A stretch of 64,000 nt of DNA, from positions 1,488,001-1,552,000 of the forward strand of contig CM035362.1 of NCBI GenBank assembly GCA_020137815.1. Direction: 5' to 3'. Below are positions 53,401-64,000 of this stretch, piece after piece (the stretch's first letter is position 1; the number at the start of each line of letters is the position of its first letter). This DNA is from Hormiphora californensis (Eukaryota; Animalia; Ctenophora). The notes under the pieces were generated by a model. It did no database searches, had not been told where the DNA came from, and saw only the letters and a list, made by a program, of their open reading frames with translations. Both the position numbers and the translations under genes were made by a program.

Positions 53401-56400
53401 CATACAAATATTGTGACAAAATATCAGAGTGATTGAAATTAAATTTCTAGGAGAAAAGAAGGCCAACGTACCCTTAGTTTTTTTTGGGCCGTGCGGTACC
53501 ATGTATCAAATAAAACAACTCTTGCAGGACGGCTATGTCAATATCAACGTGTATGGAGTGGGGACAGAATCCTTAATGTACTATGATATTGACAACTGCC
53601 AATATACAGTAAAATTCAATATAACCAATGTTGAACATTTACCCAAAATGGGTAGTCAATGGTGGCTTAGCAAGACGGAGCATGTACTGTGGCTGGCATG
53701 TGATGGTGTTATGATTCTGGAATACCACTTTAGCGGTAGTGACTGGGGAGAAAGCTGCACTAAACGGTGGTCAAAAACTACGGAGTTAATTACTTTAAAC
53801 GTGAGCCCTAGCTCAAGGATGATCTATCAAGAATCCCCCAGTAAGTAATGTTATTCTCTAAAAGTCAGTAAACACACTTCTTATTACTCTACTTTAAAAC
53901 AAAATTTAGACAAGATATAATATCTTGTTTACGTTTGATACATCAGTTCCAGTTTCTGCTAAATTCACTTTCACCGGTGATGATAATCCCAACTTTCTTC
54001 CAGGTTGTTCTATGAAGGATCTCGACCATAATGATAAGACCAAAGTACTGGCTGGATCAACCGTGCACCTACCGTGCAAATACTACCCACTGGATATATC
54101 TATGTATACATTCTACACATGTCGTAGAAACGGAACCTGGACATCTAACTCTACAACGTCTTGCATACTAGGTGAAGTAGATTTAATGAAACTACATGCT
54201 ATCACACTGTGTGTGATTCACACACACACACACGCACACATAAAGGTTAAGGTTAAAAGGTACTAGAGGTACTAGAGGTGCATGGTGTGCATGTGATAGA
54301 ATGACAAAAATTGTGACAAAAATTTACCGCTCCTGAGTCCTGACATCCTTACCTTAGATATTATCACTTCCACACAATATGATGCACACACACACACACA
54401 CCACCGTCTTTTTCTAGCTGCGTTTTTCTATTGTCAAACATATAATTATGTATTAGTGAACAACTACTCTTACAGTTTCTAACATACATCTTTTTGTTTC
54501 ATAACCCAACTACTGGAGATAAATAAGATGCCAGACGGTAACAAGACGCTACTGAAAACATGAAGTGATTCAAGATTGACCGGAATGAATATCGAGCAAG
54601 ATTGATTCACCCTCCCGTAAGTTGTTATTTTCTAACCTTCGCAAGGCAACCCGCGGTCTGTTATGTTCTAACCCTCCTTTACATTTGTAAAGCGCGCGCG
54701 TGTGAAACATAGTCTAGCTACGCAACCCGCGGTACGTGTGTCCAAAATAATGATAAATCAAAATTGTATTTGTTTTGTTCGACCCTCCTTCCGTGCTAAC
54801 AATCTTCATTTTATCCAATTTTTATTTTTGCAGAATCGACCAGATTACCACCTGATAATCGCTAACAAAAGATGATTTGGCGCTAACTAGAAGACAAAAA
54901 GTGGGCAAACAGTCAGATGAAGCATACCTGTATTTCCGATCATCAGTTGCAGGACCAACAGTTGATTTGAGTCACTGTCAGTGGTGATGAAGTCCGGTAG
55001 GGGCTCCAGAAAACTCTCCTCAACATCAAATATTACCTGACTACCCTTTGACTGGTCCTCTAACTTGATTCCTGAGTGAAGGTGTAACGTTAGGAACAGG
55101 ACAGTTGTGAGTGTTCAGACATTGCTTGGGTACGGTGTCCCCTCTCTTCTTGGGACGGTCGGACCCAACTAGGACATTGCATTGAGAATTAAACAGCAGA
55201 GGAGAGGGAAACTATAATTGGTGGGGAAACCGAAGGATAAAAGATTGTCTTTGAAACTGGGTTTAAGTGTTATAGGTGTTGTAAGAGAGGATTGATACAG
55301 AAGAAAGACTTTTTGAATGCTGTTTTCTGTGTTTTTAGGACATCTACTATCGGCGTGTGAACTCTAGAAAACTCAAATATTTGTGGTGTCTGAGCGTAAG
55401 TTCTAACATTAAAATTGTTGAATTGTGCTTTATTTGAGTAAGAAGTCCAAGTGCCGGTAGGCACTTCCGCTCCGAAATAACAAGAAATACTGCGACAGTA
55501 GTGACTAAAGGTATTTAATTAATTTACAATACCTACGTTTTTCTTTCCCGGCATAGCCGACAACCCAAGGTACTCAAATGAAAGCATGGCTATAATATTC
55601 ACCCGGCTGTCTTTTGCAAAATGGCATAGTCCTTTAGAAATGTGTGATCTTTACATGTCAGCAGTCCGAGAAATAACTTCTTCGTAAAATATTTTATTGG
55701 GACATTGTTATGCTCTTTCATTCGCGATTGTGTCATAGGTTTTAGTAACAAAATCTCAATATAGGTACATACTATGTGTATCTAAAACTTCATCGGGACA
55801 AATTCTTTTAAACTTTTAAACTTTTGGCAAGTAACATCTTGCTAGATATCGGAACAAAAATTCAGTCTTCATCATTATCCATTCAGTTGCTATGGCAACC
55901 AGAAATGTGTCACCCAAGTGGGTTTTCAATGTGCACCTAAAGCATTGCAAAGGTAGTGTCAACCATGATAGTAACCCATTTTTTTTATAGCTTTAGTTGT
56001 TGACTGAGTTGGATATTATTGTATCCCCCAGTTGCCATAGCAACAGACCTAAGACCATGAAAACGGTAATTTATTTTCTGCAAATTATCGTACAAAATTT
56101 CTAGCTTTGTAAAATTAATGTCTATAACACAACCCATATTTCGGGGCGGAATAATGCCTGAGAAGAATATGCAGAATATTTTTGTGTGAATATGTTTACA
56201 GAGTGATTACTTACGAAGTTCATTTCGTTTTTCCCTAATCTTCGCAAGATCCAACTTTCGCTGTTTTGCAATTTCTGCCTCCTTTTTCTTCCTCATCTCC
56301 TCTTCTTCTCTCTCTTTAATTCTCTCCATTTCCTTCGCTGCTTCCATTTTCTTCAACAGTTCCGCCTCCTTTTCTTTCTGTTTATTTTCCAACTCCTCCA

Positions 56401-59400
56401 TCTCCCTCTGCATCTCCAACAACTTTCTATCTGTTTTCCGTTGCCGCATCGCAATATCCTCCTCCTGTCTCCGTCTCTCGATCTCAGTCTGTTGTTTAAC
56501 TGCCTGGCTATCTTCTGCCCAGGCAACCCTTTTCTTGGGAGGAGGCTCCACCCAGGGAACGGGATGAAGTGTTGCTTCTGGAGGTGGACCGATATCAATC
56601 GGCTGGTCTGTCGAGGTACCAGATGATGTAGTCACCTTATTGGGGGTTATATTAGCGGACACTCCTGTGGAGACACTGGTTGATGCTGAAACTCCTGTTG
56701 AGACCCCAGTTGAGATACTTTGAGTTGAGACCCCAGTTGAGATACTTTGAGTTGAGACCCCAGTTGAAACATTTTCACCACCAGGGGAGACACTAGTACC
56801 CGATATAGGTGTGTCTTCCTTTTTCTCCTCCCTAAAGAAAGATGTACTTTTAACTTTTGATCGCATGCTCGCCCATGCCAATCGATCTGTCTCGTCGTCA
56901 CTATCATCATCGGAGGGTGGTCGGGCAAACTTCCGTGTTAGGTGAACTGGTGCTATCCTCTGTAATGGAAACAATTGGGTCAATTATTATAACGAAGTAC
57001 TCTAACCAGGAAACGACCGAACCGGGTTTTTTTCCACCGAACCGAACCGAACCGAATTTGAAAAACTTTTTTACCGAACCGAACCGAACCGAACCGAACC
57101 GAATTTCGGTAACCGAACCGAACCGAACCATACAAAACTTTTTCTATATTATAAATGTTTCTCTAAAAAGTCATGGAGAGCACCGATCAAGGTATTGAGA
57201 ATCATTCTCTGAAATTTTGTTAAAAAATGTTTGAAAAAAGTCAATTTTGTGAAAAAAATTTCAAAGTCAATTTTATCGTAAATTTTCTATGTCAATTTTT
57301 GCGTACGAATCGTGTTTCGAATCGGCAATGCTATACGGGAATGGTATTGCTAATTAGCAGGATTAAACGAACCATGAATCGTGTCTCTCTAAATTTCCTA
57401 ATTAGATTTGATGGGGATCACGTATCAGCACAATCCATCTCGGATCCACTAATTACCAACATCACTCCCGTTTAGCATTGTCGATTAGAAACACGATTCG
57501 TATACCATAATTTACTTAAAATATTTTTCACAAAAAAAATTTCACAAAATTTCAGGTAATGATTCTCAATACCTTGATCGATGCTCTCCATGAATTTTTA
57601 GAGAAACATTTAATTTTGTGAAAAAACTTTGTAAAATATTTCAAAGTCAATTTCGGAAAAAAAAATCTATGTCAATTTTGCCGTACGAATCGTGTTGCGA
57701 ATCGGTGATGCTATGCGGCAGTGCTCTCGCTAATTAGCAGGATTTATTGAAACATGAATCGTTTCCCCTAAACTTCCTAATTAGATTTGATGGGGGATCA
57801 CGTATCAGCATAATCCATCTCGGACCCACTAATTAGCAACATCACTCCCGCTTAGCAATACCGATTCGAAACACGATTCGTACGCAAAAATTGACATAGA
57901 AAATTTTCCATAAAATTGACTTTGAAATATTTTCCAAACTTTTTTTACAAAATTTCAGAGAATGATTCTTAACACCTTGATCGGTGCTCTCCATGAATTT
58001 AAAAAAAAAAGTTTCTGAATTTGTTGACCCTCTCATGAGGACACGATTCGACGGGAAGTCAGGTATCAAATCAATCCATATCGAACCCGCTAACTAGCGA
58101 AATCATTTCCACATAGCACCACCGATTCGAAATAGGGTTAATACGGCGAAATTGACATTGAAATCCATACAATTTTTGTGAAATAATTGAAAAATTTTGC
58201 ATGAAAAAGCCCGATTTCTGGGCATTTTTTGACCAAAAAATTCGGTGGTTCGGCCAAAATTTCCTACCGAACCGAACCGAACCGAACCGCCCAAAAAACA
58301 CCGAATTTCCGAACCGAACCGAACCGAACCGAATATTCGGTCGCTTCCTGACTCTAACGTAGATTTTAATATGTAATACTATTAGATACATTTAGTTTGT
58401 CTAATCAGTGGCTAAAACAAATAGTGGAATGATCAGGCCGCCAGATAGATAAAAAAACAGCAATGATATTTCTTACCCCGGGTTTAAACTTGGTAGGTTC
58501 CGGATCCTTGTTCCTCAGATCCAGCTTCACAGTTCCTCTATCAGGAGATCCGGAGACATTCAAATCTAAATGGCTGGGCGTGATAGACCTCGCATCGCGG
58601 CGTGATGGGGTCGGAGAATCCGTTTCATTGAACGTCTCTGCCAATCGTTCCAGTTCCTCCATTACCAGAGTGCTGGTGCTGCTACCACTATCATCGTCAC
58701 TCTGGTGCTGGTCTGAATCTGTTCAGGATGGTTGTTTATAAATATACAGAAGAGAGAGTATTTGTTTAACTCCCTTTCTCTCTCTCAATCGACTATCCCT
58801 CAACATCACTCTATTTCACTCTCTCGCTTAGGAATATTCAGGAGTAAGGACATACTTTCAAACTCAATATCAGGCGAGTCTTCTAACAGTGAGATGAGTT
58901 GATCCAAGTTCAAATCGGTCGACGTTCGCAGCGGGAAGTTAGGAGGACTCTCAGTCTCTTGCTGTTTCTGTTCGTCAGATTTCGTTGTAATTTGACTGAC
59001 AAGAGAGTCAATAAAACTGTGCACACTCAAATCTTTTATCTCGTTTTCAGTGCGAGTAACATCAGAAGAAGGGGGTGATTCTGAAAGTTTTGGATGCTCC
59101 GTTTCCTCAGGATCATCATCCAAGTCAGCAGAGGAGGAGTCATGCTGCCTTTCCAATCCTTCATTTGCAGAATTTGAAACTTTGGTAACAACGGGTCTAC
59201 GAGTCACTATCTCCTGAACCTGCAGTGAATAATCCTGGTTAGCAATCAATTGCATGTGGGTAGAACCGACATTTATCAACACATATTATCATGTTTATTC
59301 AAAAACAAAAATAACTGCATTATGTTTCATAATGCTATGTTTCCCCGCCAACCTTTATTTTCATAACCATCTAATGTGAAGGCGGGACAGACATTTCCGA

Positions 59401-59841
59401 TCATTTATGAATCACTCAAACCGTATAGAACAAATTGTGTTTTAGAAGCACTAAATTGCGTGCCACATTGTGCGGCTCACATCTCCTGAAAACGTGCCAT
59501 TGAAGTATTTGATGAAGGAGCAACACCGTTGTCCCTCGCAACTAATCGGGTTACGTCACGGGACAAAAAAAGCGTGACACTTCACTAGTATGTAAACTTG
59601 TCGAATTCTAAACCCCTATGCCTTTTCGCAAAAGGCATCCGGATGAATGCCTTCGGCATTCACCCGGGCGGGGAAAAAATTTTCAACAACCTACCGGTGC
59701 ATCATCGTCCTCTTCATCAGATTCAACCTCAGAGAACTCCATATCTGGGAGCATGCTCTGGACCCCCGTGAAGATCTCACTGATCTGCTTGGAGCGTTGG
59801 AAGGCTGGCAAATCTTCTCTATCATCGTCATCGGACGCCAT
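38773..59841 (-). CDS. DNAAF8: DNAAF8/Daap1 (C16orf71)-like dynein assembly factor: disordered acidic N-terminus plus degenerate NDK-like domains, >20 exons
   Basis: Exons include 59695-59841, 58856-59219, 58477-58718 (TVKLDLR), 56215-56959, 54928-55071, 47524-47677, ~43960-44086 (GPQDSELALRTDPDSVRA), ~42343-42432, 41826-41942, 41033-41188, 40741-40920 (ENAVYKLSQLVGP), ~39225-39388 (LVLALQRENAVSCF), 38773-38838 (LRFFFDHL..*). Family call is from recalled motif similarity; some internal exon phases are unresolved. Confidence 0.72.
40488..40610. mobile_element. ~120-bp MITE with TA ends
   Basis: TAAAGTCCGTTTCAAGCGACTTGACC..GGTCAAGTCGTTTGAAACGCACTTTA; near-identical copy at 60188-60310. Confidence 0.85.
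41164..41423 (-). repeat. 32-bp tandem array (8 exon-start copies) at a DNAAF8-like acceptor
   Basis: Sense unit CTACCAG|GTCGACTAACTCTCTCCGATTTACC; the last copy continues into exon 41033-41188. Confidence 0.93.
45279..46837. mobile_element. 1.56-kb palindromic non-autonomous Tc1/mariner-type element
   Basis: TA|CAGGTGGCCCATAAATTATGAGG..CCTCATAATTTATGGGCCACCTTG|TA; ~730-bp near-identical arms. Confidence 0.9.
47696..47804 (+). mobile_element. hAT-type MITE (CAGGAACCGACCGA family)
   Basis: TIRs; perfect 8-bp TSD GGTTCGAT. Confidence 0.9.
47852..47940. mobile_element. Tc1/mariner-type MITE (TACAGTCGGAC family)
   Basis: TACAGTCGG..CTGACTGTA ends. Confidence 0.75.
48576..48863 (+). repeat. 32-bp tandem array (9 copies, higher-order 128-bp structure) just upstream of an ATG
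   Basis: Unit CTCTCTTTAG|TAAAAGTAATGATCTCGCTCAG; variant order A A B C A A' B C D. Confidence 0.92.
48881..54865 (+). CDS. Secreted protein: signal peptide, three related ~130-aa beta-rich domains and a sushi/CCP domain; nested antisense in a DNAAF8-like intron
   Basis: Phase-consistent exons 48881-49001, 49719-50123, 51331-51852, 52066-52181, 53528-53840, 54004-54171 (C..GSTVHLPC..YTCRRNGTW..C); the last exon 54834-54865 is tentative. Confidence 0.75.
49035..49506. mobile_element. Palindromic MITE with TTAA ends (Kolobok/piggyBac-type)
   Basis: TTAA|AGTGAGAGTGGACC..GGTCCACTCTCACT|TTAA; arms ~140 bp or more. Confidence 0.8.
50125..50405. mobile_element. Two adjacent Tc1/mariner-type MITEs (50125-50214, 50233-50405)
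   Basis: TACAGT..ACTGTA ends with CCCCGATTTA motifs. Confidence 0.8.
50546..51314. mobile_element. ~770-bp MITE with long TIRs
   Basis: TAACGGGTGACAACTAAAAATCTGGACA..TGTCCAGATTTTTAGTTGTCACCCGTTA; ~190-bp imperfect arms. Confidence 0.85.
52387..53491. mobile_element. ~1.1-kb non-autonomous DNA element with ~120-bp TIRs
   Basis: CGGCCCAAAAAAAACTAAGGGTACGTTGGCC..GGCCAACGTACCCTTAGTTTTTTTTGGGCCG. Confidence 0.85.
57007..58350. mobile_element. 1.34-kb non-autonomous hAT element
   Basis: TIRs CAGGAAACGACCGAA / TTCGGTCGCTTCCTG, perfect 8-bp TSD ACTCTAAC, subterminal (AACCG)n, internal ~400-bp duplication. Confidence 0.9.
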
Positions 59842-60187
59842 GGCGATCTGTGGTGGTGACTAGTGAGATATTTGTGGAACTTTTCGTTCTGTCTCCGCGA
59901 TCCCTGCGATACTTGATAAAAACGGGACGAATGGATCAATCATCAAGACATTGCTTTCAAAAATGATCTATTTGGTAGCCCCTATCTTATCAAGAACCGG
60001 AGATATGACTTTTTTGTTTAGAGAAAAGACACTCATTTGAAATCCAAATCTAAACCGTCTCTTTTCCAAATTTACAAGTGGCCACCCACTCCAAAACCTT
60101 CCCCACCCTCCGGGCCCCGGGGGCTCCGGCCTCCAGCAAAGTACAACTCCCAATGTGGAGAATACCAGAGGCGTGAAGGTACCCTAC

Positions 60188-60310
60188 TAAAGTCCGTTTC
60201 AAGCGACTTGACCCTTAATTCTTGGAATTTGGCGGATTGCGCGTGTATTTACAAAGGGGAAATCCTGAATTTCCAGGAATCTCAGGTCAAGTCATTTGAA
60301 ACGCACTTTA
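60188..60310. mobile_element. ~120-bp MITE (copy of 40488-40610)
   Basis: Near-identical to 40488-40610. Confidence 0.85.
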
Positions 60311-60590
60311 CATGTCTTGAACTCTTCTTAAAAAAGAATCTGTATTCTTTATTCTGTGAGTGACCTGGCCAGTGGCCTGTGGTTGGCAAAAAAAGAAAAT
60401 TCAAAACGATATTATTTTGTTTTCTTGATTCTTCCAAGCCCCGTTACGGGCCGGGAAAACTTCAACAGTTGCAGTTTCAGCGCTGCGAAGTTAAGCTTAA
60501 AATGTAACGCGCTAAACTTGTCTTGATAAATGAGTTAAATGCGCTGCATTTCATCAGTTTTTGGATCGTGCGCGCTACGCGATTTATTTT

Positions 60591-61467
60591 CTTTGATGAA
60601 ATTTCCTCACGTGGTGCTTCTAGTTGGCTAACCGCCCTCCCTCTAAAGGAACACGGTTTTGTTACAATGAAACTGCTGTTTGTTTAGTACAAAACTTTTG
60701 TACTAAACAAACAGCAGTTTCATGACGCCCTTCTTCTCAGATACAATCTGCCATTCCAAAACATTCCCCTGTCCTTTGAAAAGCGCTGCCTTATCCCGCG
60801 CTGCGGGGGCCAGCAACGTTTGCCAACCCTGTCCTGTGCCTGTGGAAAGGTCAATACCCTTGAACATTGCTTATCATGCGCTCTTGGCGGGTACGTGTAT
60901 ATGCGCCACAATAACATCAGGGACCTGACTGCAAATATTCTACTCGAGGCTGGGTGTAAGGATGTTGAAGTCGAGCCCCAGCTCCTTCCCATCTCCGGCG
61001 AGACGTTCAACTATCGTTCAACAATCACTGAGAACAGTGCCCGACTTGACGTCTCGGCCAGAGGTGTGTGGAGCCCGCTCGACAAGGTTTACACGGATAT
61101 AAGGGTTTTCAACTCTTTGGCACCCACTAACAACCGCCAGTCCGTGGATGACACTTTTCGGAGACACGAACAGGAGAAGATCCGGAACTATAACGACCGT
61201 GTAATACAGGTAGAAAAGGCGACTTTCATGCCGCTTGTGTTCTCTACTACAGGCCTGATGGGTCCTAAAGCGGAAGTTTTTTACAAACGGGCCGCAACCC
61301 TTCTATCCAACAAAACAGGCCACACCTACAGCGACTCCATCCGCTATATCCGGCTCCGCCTTTCATTTTGTCTGCTGAAGACTATACTGATATCAATAAG
61401 GGGGTACAGAGGAAACTGTTTTACCCGATTTAATTCTTATGACAATGATTTTAACCTTATAATCTAA
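60591..61467 (+). mobile_element. 5'-truncated CRE-like non-LTR retrotransposon (CCHC plus restriction-like endonuclease region)
   Basis: RGASSWLTALPLKEHGF..FHDALLLRY..CACG..HCLSC..GG..RHNNIRD..VEPQL..ARLDVSARG..DIRVFN..HEQEK..Y..F.PLVFSTTG..IRGYR; no RT present. Confidence 0.85.
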
Positions 61468-61616
61468 CTTATTACTTTTATAGTCCTAATGACCAATTTA
61501 ATGTGTATATAGTGATTGTGTAACCTGATTTATTTCTTATATAAAGTTGAACCGGTCAACCCGGCTTTCCCAAAAAAATTTTCTTATAAAAAACAAAACC
61601 GAGCTCGGCGTTTGGT

Positions 61617-62435
61617 GGGCGCCGTTACGATCTGGGTGTTTGGTGGCCTGTTTACAGGTGCGCGCTGCCAAAAAAGTTGATTCACTAAAATGACTCTAAC
61701 CGCCAAACCACTCAACCGTTTTGGCTAATTCAAAGTTTATCTGGTAGGAAATATCAAGGCCTAACCCCAACCCAAACCCCAGCCCTAACCCTTACCCCAC
61801 TTTAGCCCTAACCCTAAAAAACCGTTTGTCAGCACTCACGAAACACCCAGATTTTAACGCTGGCCGCGTTTGGTGAGTGCTGGCCAGCGTTAAAATCTGG
61901 GTGTTTCGTGAGTGCTGACAAACGGTTTTTCAGTGTTAGGGCTAAAGTAGGGACTAGGGTTGGGGTTTGGGTTGGGGTTAGGCCTTGTTATTTCCTACCA
62001 GATAAACTTTGAATTAGCCAAAAACGGTTGAGTGGTTTGGCGGTTAGAGCCATTTTAGTGAATCAACTTTTTTGGCAGCTCGCTGTGCACACCTGTAAAC
62101 AACCAGATCGTAACGGCGCCCGTGACTCGTGAGTGCTGACAAAACGGTTTTTTAGAGTTGTGTGCCATTTTGTAGGTTCACTCTGTGACCAATCGTGGTG
62201 TGCGTTTATTATCTGAGACCCCGGTGTCGGCTTGTTGTTTTAAGTTTTTAAGAGTAAAGTAGGGCTAGAGTTAGGGTTGGGGTTGGGGTTGACATTGCAT
62301 TTCCTACCAGATAAACTTTGAATTAGCCAAAACGGTTGAGTGGTTTGGCGGTTAGGGCCATTTAGTGAATCAACTTTTTTGGAAGCACGTGCACCTGTAA
62401 ACAGGCCACCAAACACCCAGATCGTAACAGTGCCC
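61617..62435. mobile_element. Cluster of three copies of the 12948 repeat family (61617-61865 +, 61881-62121 -, 62240-62435 -)
   Basis: The first two copies form a ~500-bp palindrome. Confidence 0.8.
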
Positions 62436-62803
62436 ACCCAGCTCATAAACGGCGCCCGGACATTGAGACATTTTGAAAAGGGCCGCCTTATCTCTGTAGC
62501 GTATGAGATAAGCTATGGCAACTAGAAGTTGTTACTTCATCTCTTAGTAAAAGTAACATGCTCTCCCTGATACTATGTTATATATTGAAGGCTTTGTTGT
62601 ATAGTGAAATGCTCGCACTGTGCCCTGAACGAACAAAACATTTTCTGTTCTGCACTTTTCAACATCCATTTGATTTGTAGGTTGTTGCTCTTTTAAAAGT
62701 CTTAAAATACAACAGTTAACATTTGACAGCACACAACGCCCAATGTCCGTTTGAGAAAGGACTACTTCTCCATGCCCCGGATCAGACCGCAGCAGTTTCA
62801 CCC

Positions 62804-63581
62804 ATGTCCCTGACTCGAATACTCAGACGATGGCACATTTTGGTCAAGTTGGGTCTTTTTATTCTCACATTTTGTTGTTTCATGCTAGTCACTATCCTCA
62901 TCCAGACAGCCGTACCCGAGGGGAACAATCCCAGTGTGAGTTATCTGTTATTGTTAATTTTATAACATTACACTCCATTTTGTGAGTAAAATAAACTTGT
63001 AAGTTAGTGTAAACTGTAAAGTTATGTATATAATTGATGATAATTTTATTGGATGGAGAACTGACATGTTAAACTATATTAAAATACTTGATCCAATTTC
63101 TGGATGGTGTTGAATATCCCAACTTCCATTTCATATTATAATTTACACGGCCCTATATGGCGGTGGGAGTTGCATGCAACCATCTAATTTGATTAGATAT
63201 GAACATATAATATTATGCAATAAGGTCTACAAACCGACTAGACTCTCAACCGTTTACTGGTGTCCTACCTCCAAATTTTAGACTTCTTGAAAGCTTCAAA
63301 CTTTTTTCCACCTCATGAAATGTTCACCTCATGAGTCATGAAATGTAATATACTAAGTTATGCACCTTCTTAGGTGACAATTCCCAGTTTTTGCAAAAAC
63401 GGTGACATGTTAATAAAATGCACCTCGATTTCAGAGAAAGTTGGATAGGTTACGGAAGTTCCTTACCGATCCACCAGCGACAGAGTTAGCTCCTTTAAAA
63501 GAGGATTGGAAGCCCGTCCCCTGGAGGGAAACCAGTGAAATTCGGGCCGTCCGGGAGAATCTTGAAAGACAACTTAGTAAA
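62804..63581 (+). CDS. 5' exons of a probable type II membrane protein (family unidentified)
   Basis: Exon 62804-62935 (MSLTRILRRWHILVKLGLFILTFCCFMLVTILIQ..: basic N-tail plus TM) and in-phase exon 63435-63581. Confidence 0.55.
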
Positions 63582-63749
63582 GTAAATCTTAGCTCTTCTT
63601 TTGATTTTGATTTTCAACGTTCAAATGAATACCGAAACAATATCATGTACCCAAAAGAACGAGGCAGGCTCACCGAATGAGCGCTTACACCGCCGAAACA
63701 CTTTAAATCAACTAATATGATATAGAAATTAATATGGATTGTCCCCGTT

Positions 63750-64000
63750 TCATTTCTTCTCATCTCTTTTAATCACACTACCTCTCACAATGCCCCACTT
63801 AGCGTGTGGTTCAGTCTCTTTCTGTCTCTTTAACTCTGAAACAAGTCTCTTTCTCTCACTTCTCTCTTCAACAGTCCTATCTGGACAAATGTACACGTCA
63901 TTCATCCCCTCCACTTCCCTCAGCATCCCAGACCTTGCCAGAATGGATCGTACCATATCTCGGTTGTGAAGTACCACCTTGACAGGCCGCTTCTTCCCTT
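63750..64000 (-). mobile_element. C-terminal end of a LINE (CR1/L2-type) ORF1-like protein, cut by the window edge
   Basis: KKRPVKVVL..IL..L..VYICPDRTVEER..RKRLVSELK motif string typical of these ORF1 C-termini. Confidence 0.6.

Noticed and set aside
62540-62560. CTCTTAGTAAAAGTAAC match to the 48576 array unit
   Set aside because: Short AT-rich match that could be chance.

Overview
Eukaryotic, intron-rich genomic DNA, most likely a ctenophore (Pleurobrachia-like; inferred from the MITE families, the lineage-type extracellular domain and nested genes, not proven). Exon reconstruction by eye gives these genes: the 5' part of cullin-3 (-, <1..11897); a double-STPR-repeat protein (+); a complete 153-aa ORMDL (+); two tandem BK-channel-beta (KCNMB)-like membrane proteins (+); a multi-zinc-ribbon (3CxxC/ZCCHC24-like) gene (+) with a cathepsin L-like gene nested antisense in one intron; a long DNAAF8/Daap1-like gene with NDK-like domains (-) with a secreted sushi-domain gene nested antisense in one intron; and the start of a type II membrane protein. 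Mobile DNA includes a young gag-only LTR element, a 3.9-kb foldback, many MITEs (hAT, Tc1/mariner and TTAA types), a CRE-like non-LTR 3' fragment and a LINE ORF1 end. The most unusual signal is that most intronic tandem arrays here (16-52 bp units, up to ~60 copies) are built from the host gene's own splice junction: exon end plus donor, acceptor plus exon start, or branch point plus polypyrimidine tract. Exons are therefore flanked by stacks of decoy splice sites, and in the arrays checked only the exon-proximal copy keeps the frame. Some genes carry indels that may be assembly errors.
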